DNA of 63,396 nucleotides, filler included, from Octopus bimaculoides (Eukaryota): the NCBI RefSeq assembly GCF_001194135.2. It is 6 parts of 5 records of this genome, joined end to end, with 100 filler letters (N's around TTAATTAATTAA, not from the genome) between each part and the next. Parts side by side here need not be neighbours in the genome. Positions count along the whole stretch, not along the records: positions 1 to 31,999 come from NC_068983.1; 5 more parts are not named here. One strand, given 5' to 3'. Shown in pieces: positions 12,717 through 25,288 of this stretch (its first letter is position 1; every line of letters begins with the position of its first letter). The notes beneath the pieces were generated by a model. It saw nothing but the letters and a program-made list of their open reading frames with translations, ran no database searches and was not told the origin of the DNA. A program made the translations under genes and the position numbers.

Positions 12717-13270
12717 GGAGACAGAGAAAATAGTCATTCAGGCTTGAAGACAGATAGACAGATAGACAGACAGACTGACAGAGGAGGGTGATTGAAGAGA
12801 ATAGTAAGGATTGGGCTAACTTTTGAGTGTAAGTTCGTTCAATAGTGAACCTAGTGGAGAGGAAAAAGATAATTTATAGGCGATTTACCTTATGCGTATA
12901 GAGTGGAGACGACATATGTGGAAGGTTCAGGACCATCGAAGTAGAGAATTGGAGGAAATGAGTATTTCGCAAAGTTGGTAGGAATTCTTTTGGCAATGGG
13001 CCAAAAGAATCGATTGCAATTTTGGAAATAGGAATCATTCATGGTTCGGATGAAGGTCTTGCAGATGTTGGCAGGGCATAGTAAAAGCCGTCCATTTTGT
13101 TGAGGTGAGTGTGCTTTTTCCTCGAGTTTTGCAGGTTTTGTTCTTTGTCTGAACTAATTTTGAGTAACAGCTACAAAGGAACCACCGAGGTGTGGGCCTT
13201 GCTGTTTTGCATTTTGGCTGTATGTGGGACGTGAAAGGATTTGCCAAATAAAATGGCTTCCATCACACTG
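12310..13270 (-). mobile_element. Degenerate CR1/Jockey-group LINE fragment (EN-RT linker and RT start), split by (GA)n at about 12655-12790
   Basis: Minus-strand peptides PTPRWFLCSC, FFWPIAKRIPTNFAKYSFPPILYFDG, RYRP, and DKVFDR...GKL (SKAFD-like). Confidence 0.6.
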
Positions 13271-13468
13271 TCCAACTCTTTCTATCAGAAAGATCAAATG
13301 TGAAACATACGCTCACAGGAATAGTCGATACAGAACTGAAAAATTTCGACTAGTCAGCCGACATGATACACCATAGATATCTGTGAGGTGGGTCAGGCAA
13401 TTAGGTGTGTATGGGTAGTCGCAATGAGACAGAGGACGGGCTGACAGTTACAGAGAATTTGTATTATA

Positions 13469-13842
13469 CAGGGTGTCCACTAAGTCTGGTTACATGGGGA
13501 TTAACACATACTTTTAAAACAAAACAATTTTATTTAATTATAATGTTAATAAATAATATTTTCAAAATGATTTCCATCATTTTCAATGCATAACTTGATG
13601 CACCTTGCAAAATTCAGGTGAACTCGATTAAATAAGTCTATATTGCCATCAATTTCAGCACACTGACTGGTAATGCGTTCTCTCATGTGGTTTAAATCTG
13701 TAATCTTTATTGAGTAAACTTTCTCTTTCAACATACCCCAGAAAAAAAAGTCAAGGAGGGAATGAAATTATTATTCCTTATATTTAATTATTTATGTTAT
13801 GATTTTATTTACTCCATGTACCCAGACTTTGTGGACACCATG
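13469..13842 (-). mobile_element. Internally deleted Tc1/mariner-superfamily element with TIRs
   Basis: TA TSDs. TIR CAGGGTGTCCACTAAGTCTGGTTACATGG versus reverse complement of the right end CATGGTGTCCACAAAGTCTGGGTACATGG (3 mismatches). Interior encodes a transposase C-terminus: DFFFWGMLKEKVY...MRERI...CIENDGNHFENII. Confidence 0.92.
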
Positions 13843-14673
13843 TAGATACAGAGACATTGTTATGGCTTGATAGAAGCTGTGCTTGAAAGTAAGAAAGACA
13901 ACTTGGAGGTTTAGCGTATCAGTTCCTTAATTAGGAAAGTATATAGATGAAACTAGTTGATATAAACGTTCGCGGATTATTACAGATTATTTTTTTTTNN
14001 NNNNNNNNNNNNNNNNNNNNNNNNNNNNNNNNNNNNNNNNNNNNNNNNNNNNNNNNNNNNNNNNNNNNNNNNNNNNNNNNNNNNNNNNNNNNNNNNNNNN
14101 NNNNNNNNNNNNNNNNNNNNNNNNNNNNNNNNNNNNNNNNNNNNNNNNNNNNNNNNNNNNNNNNNNNNNAGGATAATGACAAAAGGTCGAAAGTATTTTG
14201 GGAGAGTGAAGGAAGAATCAGATATAATTACAGGTAGACAATGAGAGTCATAAAACTGAAGACTTTACTGTGGAACCTGTGGAGGACTTGGAGGAAGCGG
14301 TCTTTTAACGAAATTAATCACAAATACGAAATTTTACTGCCATGCAAAGCACAGTTTCTCTTTTGCACGATGTCTCAGTGAAGCATGTGCGAAACACACA
14401 CGCGAAATCAACACCGGAAACTTTACAAATTATACAATATAAAGGGAACAAAACCCTAATTTCATAAATTGAGTAATTACGCATACACTTGAATGTCTAC
14501 ACATATATTTTAATACACATTGGACTATACATACATCCCAATGTTTACAAAACTACGTGAAATCTACAGGACACACATTCACGCATATGGAAACACTTCA
14601 TGAACAATTCATAACTTTAAAGACACAAAAAAACATATGCCCGGAGATAAATCTATCAAAAAAAAATAATAAT

Positions 14674-17600
14674 ACAGACGAATACAGATCTGTTAGCCTT
14701 AAGAAGCTACGTTACGAGCAATATTACAAGAAGAGAACTCGGAGACAGTGTTGTGTCAAAAACAACCCTAAACAGACAGAACTGACCCTAATGTCAACGT
14801 CCAAGCTCGTCATACCTCATTGATAACAAAGCAAAATAAAAACCAAATTGGTCATCGACCGGAACAACAAAGACCAGGCACTCGAATGATGAAACAGATT
14901 CAATTCGAAAAATCAGTTACTGGTTCACATCTTCCCGAAACACAGAAGCTGGAAGTACCCCACAACCGGAATATTCCAACAGATGGCCATCCATGCTCGT
15001 CATCAAATAACCAAAAGAAAATGAATGAAAAATGGTCTAGGTGAGATAATAAAGAAGTTGTTACGGTCTTCTACCATGCCATATATTTCCCCATAAATAA
15101 ATCTAATACTGTACAAACCTACTTAAACTGGAATCAGAAACACCTTGAAGTAAGACCCTACATAGACAGTAACAAACTTGCCAACAACAGAAGAAACATT
15201 ATGAAAAAGAAATTACTAACACAATTAGAGATTGACCAAACTAAACAATCAGTAAGGGATAAAAGGAACGAAGCTGCAGCTCTAGAAGATACTACGGAGG
15301 AAATAATTATAGACTAGCCCAAGGCTGTTGAAAATGCAATAATCATTGAAAGAGTTAATATAACTGACAAGCAAAGTGGAATACTCTCTGAACCAACCAT
15401 AAACACTAAGGCAAATAGATGAAGAAAGTCACACAGAAATTCACCCAACAGAACTACATGATCTAAAAAATCAAATCCTGATTGAATGGCTGGAAATTAA
15501 AGAAACTAGTATGAATGAATACGACACTCTCAAAAATTCGCAATTCTAACCAAAACCTGAAAATACTTGATAAAATCCGCCTTGCATTTAAGGATGTAAT
15601 TTCAACTAATGATGTTGATATTACAGATCTTAACCACCTGTACTATGCATTCCCGAAAATCTCAACGATTCTATGTGGTGAAAAGATTGCAAAACGACAA
15701 CATTCCCACAGAAGCCTTCTTGGCAAGAACGCATTCAACAACAAATTAATCTACTTAGGTCTGACAGAGAATGTTTAAAGACTATCAAACTAACAAAAAC
15801 CTGAAAATTAACGAAAAAATATATGAAAACCATATTTGACATCGATAGCACCATAGAAACCATCAAACAAAATATATGTCCTAAAGCTGCCCGCATAGCA
15901 AGGTATGAAAAGTGCGTTAGATTCTTCAAGGACAACAACATATTCAAAAATAACCCGAAATTTTTTTTACAGGAAGATAGGGAAAATACCAGTTATAGTA
16001 AAGACTGTCCAATCAAAAGAAGTGCAGGAATTTTGGAATAAGATTTGGTCAGAAGAATATCTACAGACGTAGACTCCTTAGAAGAGCAAAAATGGGGACG
16101 TATCACGGTAGAAGATGTAAGATCTGCTCTCAGGAAGTCAAGCAAATGGAAGTCTCCAGGAAAGGGTAAAATTCATGACTTCTGGTTGAATGCCTTCCCA
16201 GAGAGCCATGAACTGCTAACAAAACTTTACAACAATGTTTTTCTATAGCTTAGTATAATTCCCTCTTGGCTAGTGAATGGTGTAACATTCCTACTTCCAA
16301 AAAACGAAGAAAAAAATGAACCAAAAGATTATAGACCCATAACCTGCTCAGCAACAATGAATAAAATGTTAACATCTGTCTTGATTGAACTACCTATATA
16401 TTTTTTTTTAATGAAAGTGGCATATTCCCTAATGAGCAAAAAGGATGTAAACGTGGGTCCTAATGTTATAAAGATCAGCTACTCATCAACAAGATAATCT
16501 TGGAAGATTGTCACAAAAGACACAAAACCTTGTCGATAGCCTGGATAATCTAAAAAAAAGTTTTCGATAGTCTACCACATAGCTGGATTAAGAAATGTCT
16601 GGAAATGTATAAAACAGCAACTATTCTGCGAAACTTTTTGTCTGTAAGTATGAGATCATGGAGAACCACGCTGACTTTAAGCAGTGACAATGAATCTCTT
16701 AATGCTGAAGATGTAAGAATTTCCTGTGGAATTTTCCAGGGTGACTCTAATCACCACTCCTCTTTTGTCTATCTTTAATACACTTCTCACAATTGCTCAA
16801 TGATGTACAATACGGTTACAAAATGTTTGATAAAAATATAAATAATTTCATTTACATGGATGATTTAAATCTCTTTGCAAAATATGACCAACAACTACAG
16901 GGCTTACTAGTGATTGTTAAACAATTCAGTGATGATATCTGAATGCAATTTGGCCTCGATAAATATGCAAAAATTACGTTTATCAAAGGAAAAATGACAG
17001 AAACAGCCAACGTTAAGCTTCATCAGCAGAATGTCATAAAGGAATTAGAGCCAGCGAAAGCAACAAATACCTTAGGGTATTTGAAGGGGACGGAATCAAA
17101 CATTCAGTGATGCGGAAAATATCAGGCGAGAATGTTATTGCAGGGTGAGAGCAATACTCAAGACAGAGCTGAATGCAAGAAGCGATCAATACTTTAGCCA
17201 TAGCAGTCGTGACTTACAGTTTCAATATCATTAATTGGTCAATTACTGAAAAATGTAATCTTGACAGAAAAATACGAAAATTGCTGACTATGCATAGAAT
17301 GCACCACCCAAAGGCAGATATAGAACGACTTTATCTGTCAAGAAAAGCGGGAGACCGTGGACTTTACAACTGGAATTAACATTGAAGGTTGCCACAAATT
17401 GACCTAGACACCCACCTGAAAAACTCTGATGACTGGATGTTAAAACTTGTCTCAAAATATGAAAACACGAAAGCATCATACTCAGTAACAAAACAGGCAA
17501 AGGAATATCTAAGTGAATTCCAAATACAACAAATTCCAGAATTAGACGTACTGGAAACAAGCACAGAAAAAGCTAAGCATATGAAAACCCATGATAAAAC

Positions 17601-18543
17601 TGTTGACTTAGATATCTTTACTGATAAATGGCAAGAAAAACCTCTCAGCTAATAATGCTGATGTTAACAAAGCCCCTACCCATCAACGGTTAGTGTCTTC
17701 TGGCTTAAAATCAAAAACAGAAGGGTTTATCATAGCAGTCCAAGATCAATGCCTACCTGCATATTAAAGAACGGCAGTAGCCCAACATGTCGTGTATGTC
17801 AACAACAAAATGAAACCATTGATCACGTCTCTATGTGCAGTTTTCTTGCGCCTACAGAGTATCTCAACAGGCATGATAGAGCTGCACAGAATATTCACTG
17901 GGTAATTTGAAAAAAACCTGGATCTGCTCCATGATAAAAACTGGTGGGAACACAAAGCGCCTCTAGTGCTTGAAAATAATTCACGTCTCACTCCTCTGGA
18001 ATTGCACCATTCAAACTGACAGAAAGATAGATGCGAATAGGCCAGACATTATATTGAAAGACTTGAGACAAAAACCATGCCTCCTCATTGATATGACTGT
18101 CCAAATCGCTATAAATGTATCTGTCAGGACCTACCAAAAACTGAGCAAATATAAAGATCTTGAAATAGAAATTGGCAAAATGTGGAACCACAAGACTAAA
18201 ACAATGCCTGTTGTCATAGGTGTCCTAGGAATGATAGCAAAAGGGGCTGATTGCTACCTAGATCAGATACCAGGAAATCCCAAAATGGCAGAAATTCAAA
18301 AGCTAATGTTCATGGGAACCGCCCATATCCTACGTAAAATACTGTCTATGTAATCCCAAATTTTAAAACAAACTCATAATTTTCTTATGTTTTCTTAAAC
18401 ATTCTCTAGAACAATACGATGTACAAAACCAAATATTTGACACCCTAGGCATAACACCAACATGAACTTCTAACTTGTTGTTTCTTGAGGACTTTGGGTG
18501 AGACTTGGAGCCAACTTGTGCAAATACAAAGCAAAAGTCAACC

Positions 18544-18545
<2 letters not shown>
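14674..18545 (+). mobile_element. Near full-length, inactivated R4/Dong-like RLE non-LTR retrotransposon (about 3.9 kb)
   Basis: N-terminal KWSRxDNKE...NKLANNRRNIMKKKLL domain (about 15035-15245); RT with KSPGKGKI, DYRPITC, GIFQGD, YMDDL, KYLG (about 16050-17080); CCHC CRVCQQQNETIDHV (about 17785); RLE RPDIILKD...D...KYKDLEIEI ending TAA at 18351-18353; 3' UTR; (AAT)n tail. Many stops and frameshifts. Confidence 0.93.
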
Positions 18546-18603
<58 letters not shown>

Positions 18604-18612
18604 TAATAATAA
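18546..18612. repeat. (AAT)n tract between two stacked RLE LINEs
   Basis: About 22 AAT units read directly. Confidence 0.95.
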
Positions 18613-19410
18613 CATTAGCTCAGGGCTAAAAGCAGAGAGTGAAGGTTTCATATTAGCTGCTCAAGACCAATGCTTATTAACCCGGAACTACCAAGCCAAT
18701 GTGATAAAAAATGGAGCTGACCCACAATGCCGATTCTGTAACGATGAAATTAAAACTATAAACCACTTAATTTCAGGGTGTAGACTCTTAGCCCCTGTAG
18801 AATATAAAGCAAGACATGACAGAGACGGCCAGTATTTACACTGGTCAATATGTCGGCATTATAAAATCAAAACCGCTGATAAATGGTATAAACACCATCT
18901 TGAAGCTGTGACTGAGGGAGAAAATGTATCGATTCTCTGGGACTTCCCCGTACATACCGACAAAAGTATAAAAGCTAATAAACCGGATATTATTAAAGAT
19001 CAGACAAAAAAGGTGTGTTTATTAATTGACATGAGCATTCCTTGCGATCACAATATAGCGACGAAAGAATTTGACAAGATCGGTAAATATAAAAACTTGC
19101 TAATAGAAATTGAAAAAATGTAGCATGTCAAGACGACTACCGTACCAGTGATTGTAGGATCTCTAGGAATGATAAAAAAAGGTACTGAAACCTATTTGAA
19201 AACGATACCAGGCCTACCATTCCTGCAGGAAGTGCAAAAAATCGTGTTAACTGGAACGACTCATGTACTGAGAAGAGCATTATCGCTGTGAAAACAACAT
19301 CCATTCATGAATTTATTTATTTATTAATTTTTTTTGAATACATATTTTACCTGTGAATTTGCGTGTGTAAATTGGGAATGCATACAATGAGCTTCTCTGC
19401 CCTAGGTGTA
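18613..19410 (+). mobile_element. 5'-truncated R4/Dong-like LINE of a second subfamily (CCHC plus RLE only)
   Basis: SGLKAESEGFILAAQDQCLLTRNY...CRFCNDEIKTINHLISGC...KPDII...LIDMSIPCD...KYKNLLIEI, one in-frame stop at about 19121, ORF end TGA 19289-19291. The 3' UTR end is approximate. Confidence 0.92.
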
Positions 19411-19479
19411 TTCAGCTTTTACCGAAGTACCTGCCCGAATGATGTTTATAGTGATCAAATGTGTGTGCTGTACATTAGC

Positions 19480-19670
19480 TCACTCTCGCCATCAAACCGA
19501 TGTTGTATAAACAAGCGCACAAGTGTGTCATACGTCAGATGTTGAAATGATCACAGAGCAACGTGAGATGAAGTGTTTTGCCCAAGAACACAACGCACCA
19601 CCTGGTTTGGGAACTAAAACCACGATCGTGAGATCGTGAGTGCAACACCTAAAGCACTAGGCCATGCGTG
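19480..19670 (-). mobile_element. tRNA-derived CORE-like SINE
   Basis: Reverse complement reads GCATGGCCTAGTG (A box)...TTGTGTTCTTGGGCAAAACACTTCATCTCAC (CORE-like). Confidence 0.65.
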
Positions 19671-20299
19671 TTGTAAATCATATTTTCCGAATTTCATTAA
19701 CAATTTCGTTCCCATCAGGATTTTCTCTGAATTAAGTTCCGATCTGTTATATCTTAGCTGTCAATCAATCACATCTAACTGCAAACTGATAGAATGAAAA
19801 AAGTATAAATCCTGTATATAAAAAAAAAAAAAAAATGTGTACCGTGATGAGATATAAGCAAACAAGCTATTGAGAGGTGCAGTTAATAGTAATAACTATA
19901 TGAGAATTATACCTAATATGAGGTACTTATGTATCTCGCGATGCATATAAGTCAGTTTAAAGAAATCTCATCCTCCTACAGTGTATCACTTTCGCATACG
20001 CGACAATGAAGACTTCAGTGAAGATGCAAAAATCAAAGAGGTAACGAGGCGCCTTTTTTTTTCTGTTTTTGGCTTTTTATCATGCATCTCTTTTGTTGTC
20101 TTCATTTATTTCGATTATTTAGTTACGAAAATTATTCACTTATTTTTTATAAGCCAATGCCTGGGTGGGAGGAGAGAAATGTGTAAAATCTAGTTTGCTA
20201 ATGACATCAGATTTCCGTGAAGTTTGTCAGGACCTTTTAGTTAAGAAGTCAGTTGAGTAATATCGTCCCGGGGTCATGGGGTCGGCGTTTTGAAAGAGG

Positions 20300-21000
20300 G
20301 CGGGCATTGAAAGAAAGAGAAAATAGGATGGAATGAAAGAAACGGTGTGAAATAAAGGGTTAGGTGTGGTCGGGCTAGATGCCTCAGTTGTCAGAAGTTC
20401 ATTCCCGTTGTTTTTACGTCAACAGCAATAATCTTTCTTCCTTGACTGCACTAATGGATAGAGAAAAACATAGGATATTGAAGTAGAATGTTAGCTGCAG
20501 ATGAGACAGGGCAGTGGATAGGAGGACAGTTGGAAGGAAGGAAAGTAGGGAGAGATGGGAATGGATGAGTAGGAAAGAGAGAAGGTGTGGGTGAAAGATG
20601 AAGGTGGATGGGTGGAGACAACGGAAAGGTACTGGAAGACAGGAGTAAAAAAAGAATGAAATGAATAAAGGGGGAAAAGTGTAAAAAACGAAAGAAATAA
20701 AACAGAGAGAAGCGAAAGAACAAAAACAAAACAGGGTGGAAAATAAAAACATGATAGAAAGAAAGAAAACAAGGAGGGGAAAGAAGAAAAGAAACCAAGA
20801 AGGCACGAAGAGAGAAAGAAGCTGAAGAAGGAAGAAAGGTGAAAATAGTTCTTAAAAAAGGCAAAACGGGTAGGTATGTTGGGGATGAGGTTCGTATAGG
20901 TTAGTTAGAGGTTGGTGAGTAGATGGTAAAGTAAGAGAAGCGGTAGATATAAAAATGAGAGGAGGAGGCGGAGGAGAAATGAAATTAAAGTGAAAGTATG
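20300..21000. repeat. Purine-rich (GA-rich) low-complexity tract
   Basis: Plus strand almost all A/G. It produces the F/S/L-rich spurious minus-strand ORFs. Confidence 0.8.
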
Positions 21001-21472
21001 AATTGGTTAAGGTGGAGTAGTGGGGTTTGTAAAAAGTATTTGAATTATAAATTTAATTTTTGCCCTGTTTTCTTTTTCGTTCAAGTGCTGCTGGTAGAAT
21101 TGGCATGGTCTTTGTAGCACCAACGTTGAGTATGTATGCGGTTGTTCGTTGCGAAGATTATAGTAGCACATTGCTGGTGATGTTTGTGCGATTGTGGTTG
21201 TGGTTGTAGTGGTGTTGGTGGTATACTAATGCTAGAGTGAGTGGCGGTAGGTGGAGGTCAGTGGTCATAGTAATGGTACCGTGGATGGTTATGTTGTAGA
21301 GACGATTAGATTGCTGGCAGTGAAGAGTTTGTCATGATGAGTGAGGAACACAGCGTTAGTGTGGTTTAGTGCCGACCTAAGGTTAAACAACAGTGACAAT
21401 AACAGCAGCAGAAGCAGCAATAACAACAACATCGACAATAAATACAACACTACTACAACTAATGATAACAAC

Positions 21473-21546
<74 letters not shown>

Positions 21547-21566
21547 TAAATAATAATAATAATAAT

Positions 21567-21783
21567 AAAAATATTCAGACAAATACATAACAAAAACACC
21601 AGGACTTGCAAATATATATAACATACAGAAGATTGCACTACTGGGCACTGCACACATCCTACGCAAAACACTTTCAATACAGTAACAATAAGAGCATCAC
21701 AGCAAACCACAGCACATACCCAAGGCACACAGAGCTGCGCTCGGTAGTGAAGTGAAAGCACGTTATAAAAATAAAACTACTTA
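21567..21783 (+). mobile_element. Extreme 3' fragment of an R4/Dong-like LINE inside an (AAT)n array
   Basis: KYITKTPGLANIYNIQKIALLGTAHILRKTLSIQ* plus 3' UTR. (AAT)n at about 21472-21566 and 21786-21807. Nearly identical to the reverse complement of part of 57367-57807. Confidence 0.9.
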
Positions 21784-21810
21784 ACAATAATAATAATAAT
21801 AATAATAGCC

Positions 21811-22029
21811 CTTTCTACTGGAGGCACAAGGCCTGAAATTTGGCGGGAGGTGACTAGTCGATTACATCGACCCTAGCTTTTCACTGGTACTTAATTTATC
21901 GTCCCCGAAAGGAAGAAAAGCAAAGTCGACCTCGGCTGAATTTGAACTCAGAACGTAGCGACAGACGAAATACCGCTAAGCATTTCGTCCGGCATACTAA
22001 CTATACTACCAGCTCACCGCCCTATAATG

Positions 22030-22070
<41 letters not shown>

Positions 22071-22200
22071 CCTTTCTACTAAGGGCATAAGGCCTGAAAT
22101 TTGGTGGGAGGGGACTAGTCGATGACATTGACACCAGTGTTCTACTGGTATTTGATTTATCGACCCCGAAAGGATGAAAGGCGAAGTCGGCGGAATTTGT
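21811..22200 (-). mobile_element. Two family C SINE copies (full 21811-22023, 5'-truncated 22071-22200) with (AAT)n tails
   Basis: Reverse complement family C core and tail (CCTTTCTACT...AAGGCCTGAAATTT). A short head-B fragment follows on + at about 22201-22252. Confidence 0.85.
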
Positions 22201-22249
22201 GGCTGTGTGCTAAGAAGTTTCCTTCCTGTCCACATGGCTCCCGGGTTCA

Positions 22250-23000
22250 GTCACAGCGATAAAAAAGTAGTAGCAGTAGCAGCAGCAGCAGTGATGGTAA
22301 TAGCAGTAATAGTCGTTGTTGTTTTATGTTGTTTTATGTTGTTGCTGTTTGTTGTTGTTTTGCGCTAGGGTGTTACTGAACATGTTTAAATGTAATCTAA
22401 GTATTATTTGAGTGAAATGTAGTTACTGCTTTTAGATCGGTCAGCGACTAGGTTAGTCCGTGTACAAGACAGCATTAAGATGGCGTTTCAGAGATTGTAT
22501 TTATTCGCAATGTTTTTTGCCATGGAGATGACGACGACGACGACGATGATGATGATGATGATGGTAAAGGTGATGATGATGGTAAAGGTGATGATGATGA
22601 GATTGTTGAAGGTGGCGATATTGATGATGAGGATGATGATGAATGTTATTGTTGTTGTTGTTGTTGATGATGATGATGATGATGATGAAATGTCTAGAAG
22701 TAGTGATGTACATTTTGATTGTGGTTGTGGTGGTGGTGATGATAATAGTGTTGGTGCTCGTGATAGTTGTGGTGTTGACGGCGGGGGTGTTTTCAGCCGC
22801 AATCGTGATGCTACGGGTAAAGGTAATTATCGTCGTCATCATCATCATCATCATCATCATCATTATTATCATTATTATTGTTATTATTATTTTGAGGTGG
22901 TAGGAGTAGTAGTTATGATGATGGTAGTTTTGGTGGTGGTGGTGGTGGTGGTGGCGGTAGAGGTATTGGTGTACCATCAAAGTCTGGCAGGTCGTGTCAA
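22250..23000. repeat. Compound trinucleotide low-complexity region (GAT/GTT/CAT/TAT/GGT)
   Basis: Read directly. It explains the poly-M/D/H/V ORFs. Confidence 0.85.
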
Positions 23001-23418
23001 TTCGAATTAACGGCGAAGGTGGATGTATAAAAGAGGTGGGGAAGCGATGAGGTAGGCGTAGAGTAGAAGAGCAAGAGAAATCGTGTGGTATGGAAATGAA
23101 GAGAGGTGAAAGTGGAGAGCTATGCGATAAGGAAGATTTTGATAAAAGAAGAGAGATGGAGAAACATGTATAAGAGAGAGAGAGAGAGGTAGAGAAGGAA
23201 AAGAAAAGACAAAGAATTGGTGATTGAATGTAATGGTGAGCAGAATATAAGGTTAAGTATGAGAAGGAAGGGAGAAAGGAACAATAAATGGATAGAGAAT
23301 ATGAATAGAGAGATAGAGATAGAGATAAATAGATAGAGAGATAGATAGATCAGCCTACTAAAAAATATAGCATCCAGCTCTCCTTCAAATAACACTATCG
23401 CTTTCAATAGAGTACGTT

Positions 23419-23540
23419 TGGAAGTGAAAGTAGACGTGGCCCTTTGAAAGTGAAAGTAGACGTGGCCCTTTGGAAGTGAAAGTAGACGTAGCCCGTTGGA
23501 AGTGAAAGCAGACGTGGCCCATTGGAAGTGAAAGTAGACG
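23419..23540. repeat. 26-bp minisatellite, about 4.7 copies
   Basis: Unit TGGAAGTGAAAGTAGACGTGGCCCTT starting at 23419, 23445, 23471, 23497 and 23523 (partial). Confidence 0.92.
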
Positions 23541-23741
23541 GGGTAAACGTTGTTGTGGTGATAGTGGCGGTGTTGACGTAACATTATTTATTGATTTCTT
23601 ATCCAAGTTCAACCACTCAGGTCGGAGGAAGGGAGCAGTATATGACTGGTACTTTCTTTTATTATCACTAGGAAGTTGAAAGGACAACTTGACACAGACA
23701 AGGTTTGAATTCAGAAGGCAAAGGAACGTTACTAATTATAT

Positions 23742-24387
23742 TATTGGGCTGTCACATAAATTTGTTCGTTTTTTTTCTACAATTATTATTTTAATCCTTT
23801 CCAATATTATTCGAATTAATATGAAAATTATTTTTATCGTAATGTTTTATGTTTTTCATTATTTTTTAGCACTTATTCTTTCTATGCAATTTATGTTCGT
23901 CATTTTTGAAATTGAATAAATTTTACTTCTTTTCTGAGATATAACGATGGAGTTCTACGTAGAAAAAATGACCAGTTAAGCTTCAAAAGCTGTCAAGGCC
24001 GCTCGAGACATTTGTGCTGTGTATGAAGAACGTGTTATAACAGAAAGAACTGCACAGAAATGGTTTTCCTGCTTCAACGAGGACAACTTCGACTTCACAA
24101 GCTTTCTACGTTCCGCTCAGTTCAATGAGAATCGATTGCTCGTGCTCATCTACGAGGATCCGCTCCAAATCCACAAGGGAAGTGACCTAGCAGATGGGAT
24201 GCTTTCATGAAACCTTAGCCTGTCAACTTCATGTGATGGATAAGGTCCAAACTAGCACAACAACGCTTGCTCTTATGTTGCTAATTTGACCAAAATATTA
24301 CTCAAGAACTCCGGTTGGAAGTTCTGCCATACCTAACATATTATCCTGAAATTTCTAGCTAGAGCATTATGTTTCTTGTCAAGAATA
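23742..24387 (+). mobile_element. Internally deleted mariner transposon relic
   Basis: TIR-like TATTGGGCTGTCACATAA; HTH peptide AARDICAVYEERVITERTAQKWFSCFNEDNFD; later ELRLEVLPYLTYYPEISS (degenerate WEVLPHPPYSPDLAPS). The catalytic core is deleted. Confidence 0.8.
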
Positions 24388-25229
24388 CATTGCATACTGT
24401 CTCGCAATTCCACTAACGTAAAATATATCACGTTAATATAACTGTCAATGTTTCTATACTCTCAATGGATTTGAAAAACAGAAAGCAAGAATCTTAGTTG
24501 GTGTACAATTACCATTCAAAATATCTGTTGGTCGTTATACTCTCAATAGTGGTACAACACTTAATATCGAATGATTCAGTCTATGTAGCTATTGGTAGGT
24601 GCCGCAATGATATGTATCTAATGGAATAAATAAGTCTATCTGTTAATAATTTACAAATACAGATATCCATACGTTACATCTGTTTCGACTTTATGTCGGT
24701 CTCAGCGAGCATATTGAAAGATATAGAAAATTTTTAAAAACATATATAATAAAATGCTGAAATGGAAAATCAGACAAGATACAGGTGAAAATGTGAACAG
24801 ACCATTTATTAAAACAGATAATAGCTAATAAATTGATTTAGATGATTTTTTTCTTTCGTGTTACGTTGTTACTCGAGTTAAGTCGCATGTTTTGAAATCA
24901 ATTACCGACATAAGTTGATGTATGCCGATATATAGTTATTTTGAAATACTGAGTTCCAATTCCGCCGCAAATGTAGATTGGACAGGAATGAACCTCAGTT
25001 GCTTTGCTCTAGATAAATGCTAAAATTCTTCAGTCGAATGGATTATGGGCCATACCATAAGCAAAAAAGAAAAAGGAAAAAAAAACAACTTAGATTTGTG
25101 TTTAAATGATATGATATATTTGAACTCAAGAAAATATGTTTCTCCGGTGGAAAATATAAACGCATCTCGAAACGTAAATATAAACACGTAGTGTATTAAA
25201 AACGCACTTATACACAGGACTCACATACG

Positions 25230-25288
<59 letters not shown>

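Noticed and set aside
20414-23010. F/S/L-rich and poly-N/I/M/H/D ORFs
   Set aside because: Translations of GA-rich and trinucleotide low-complexity DNA, with no splice or domain support.
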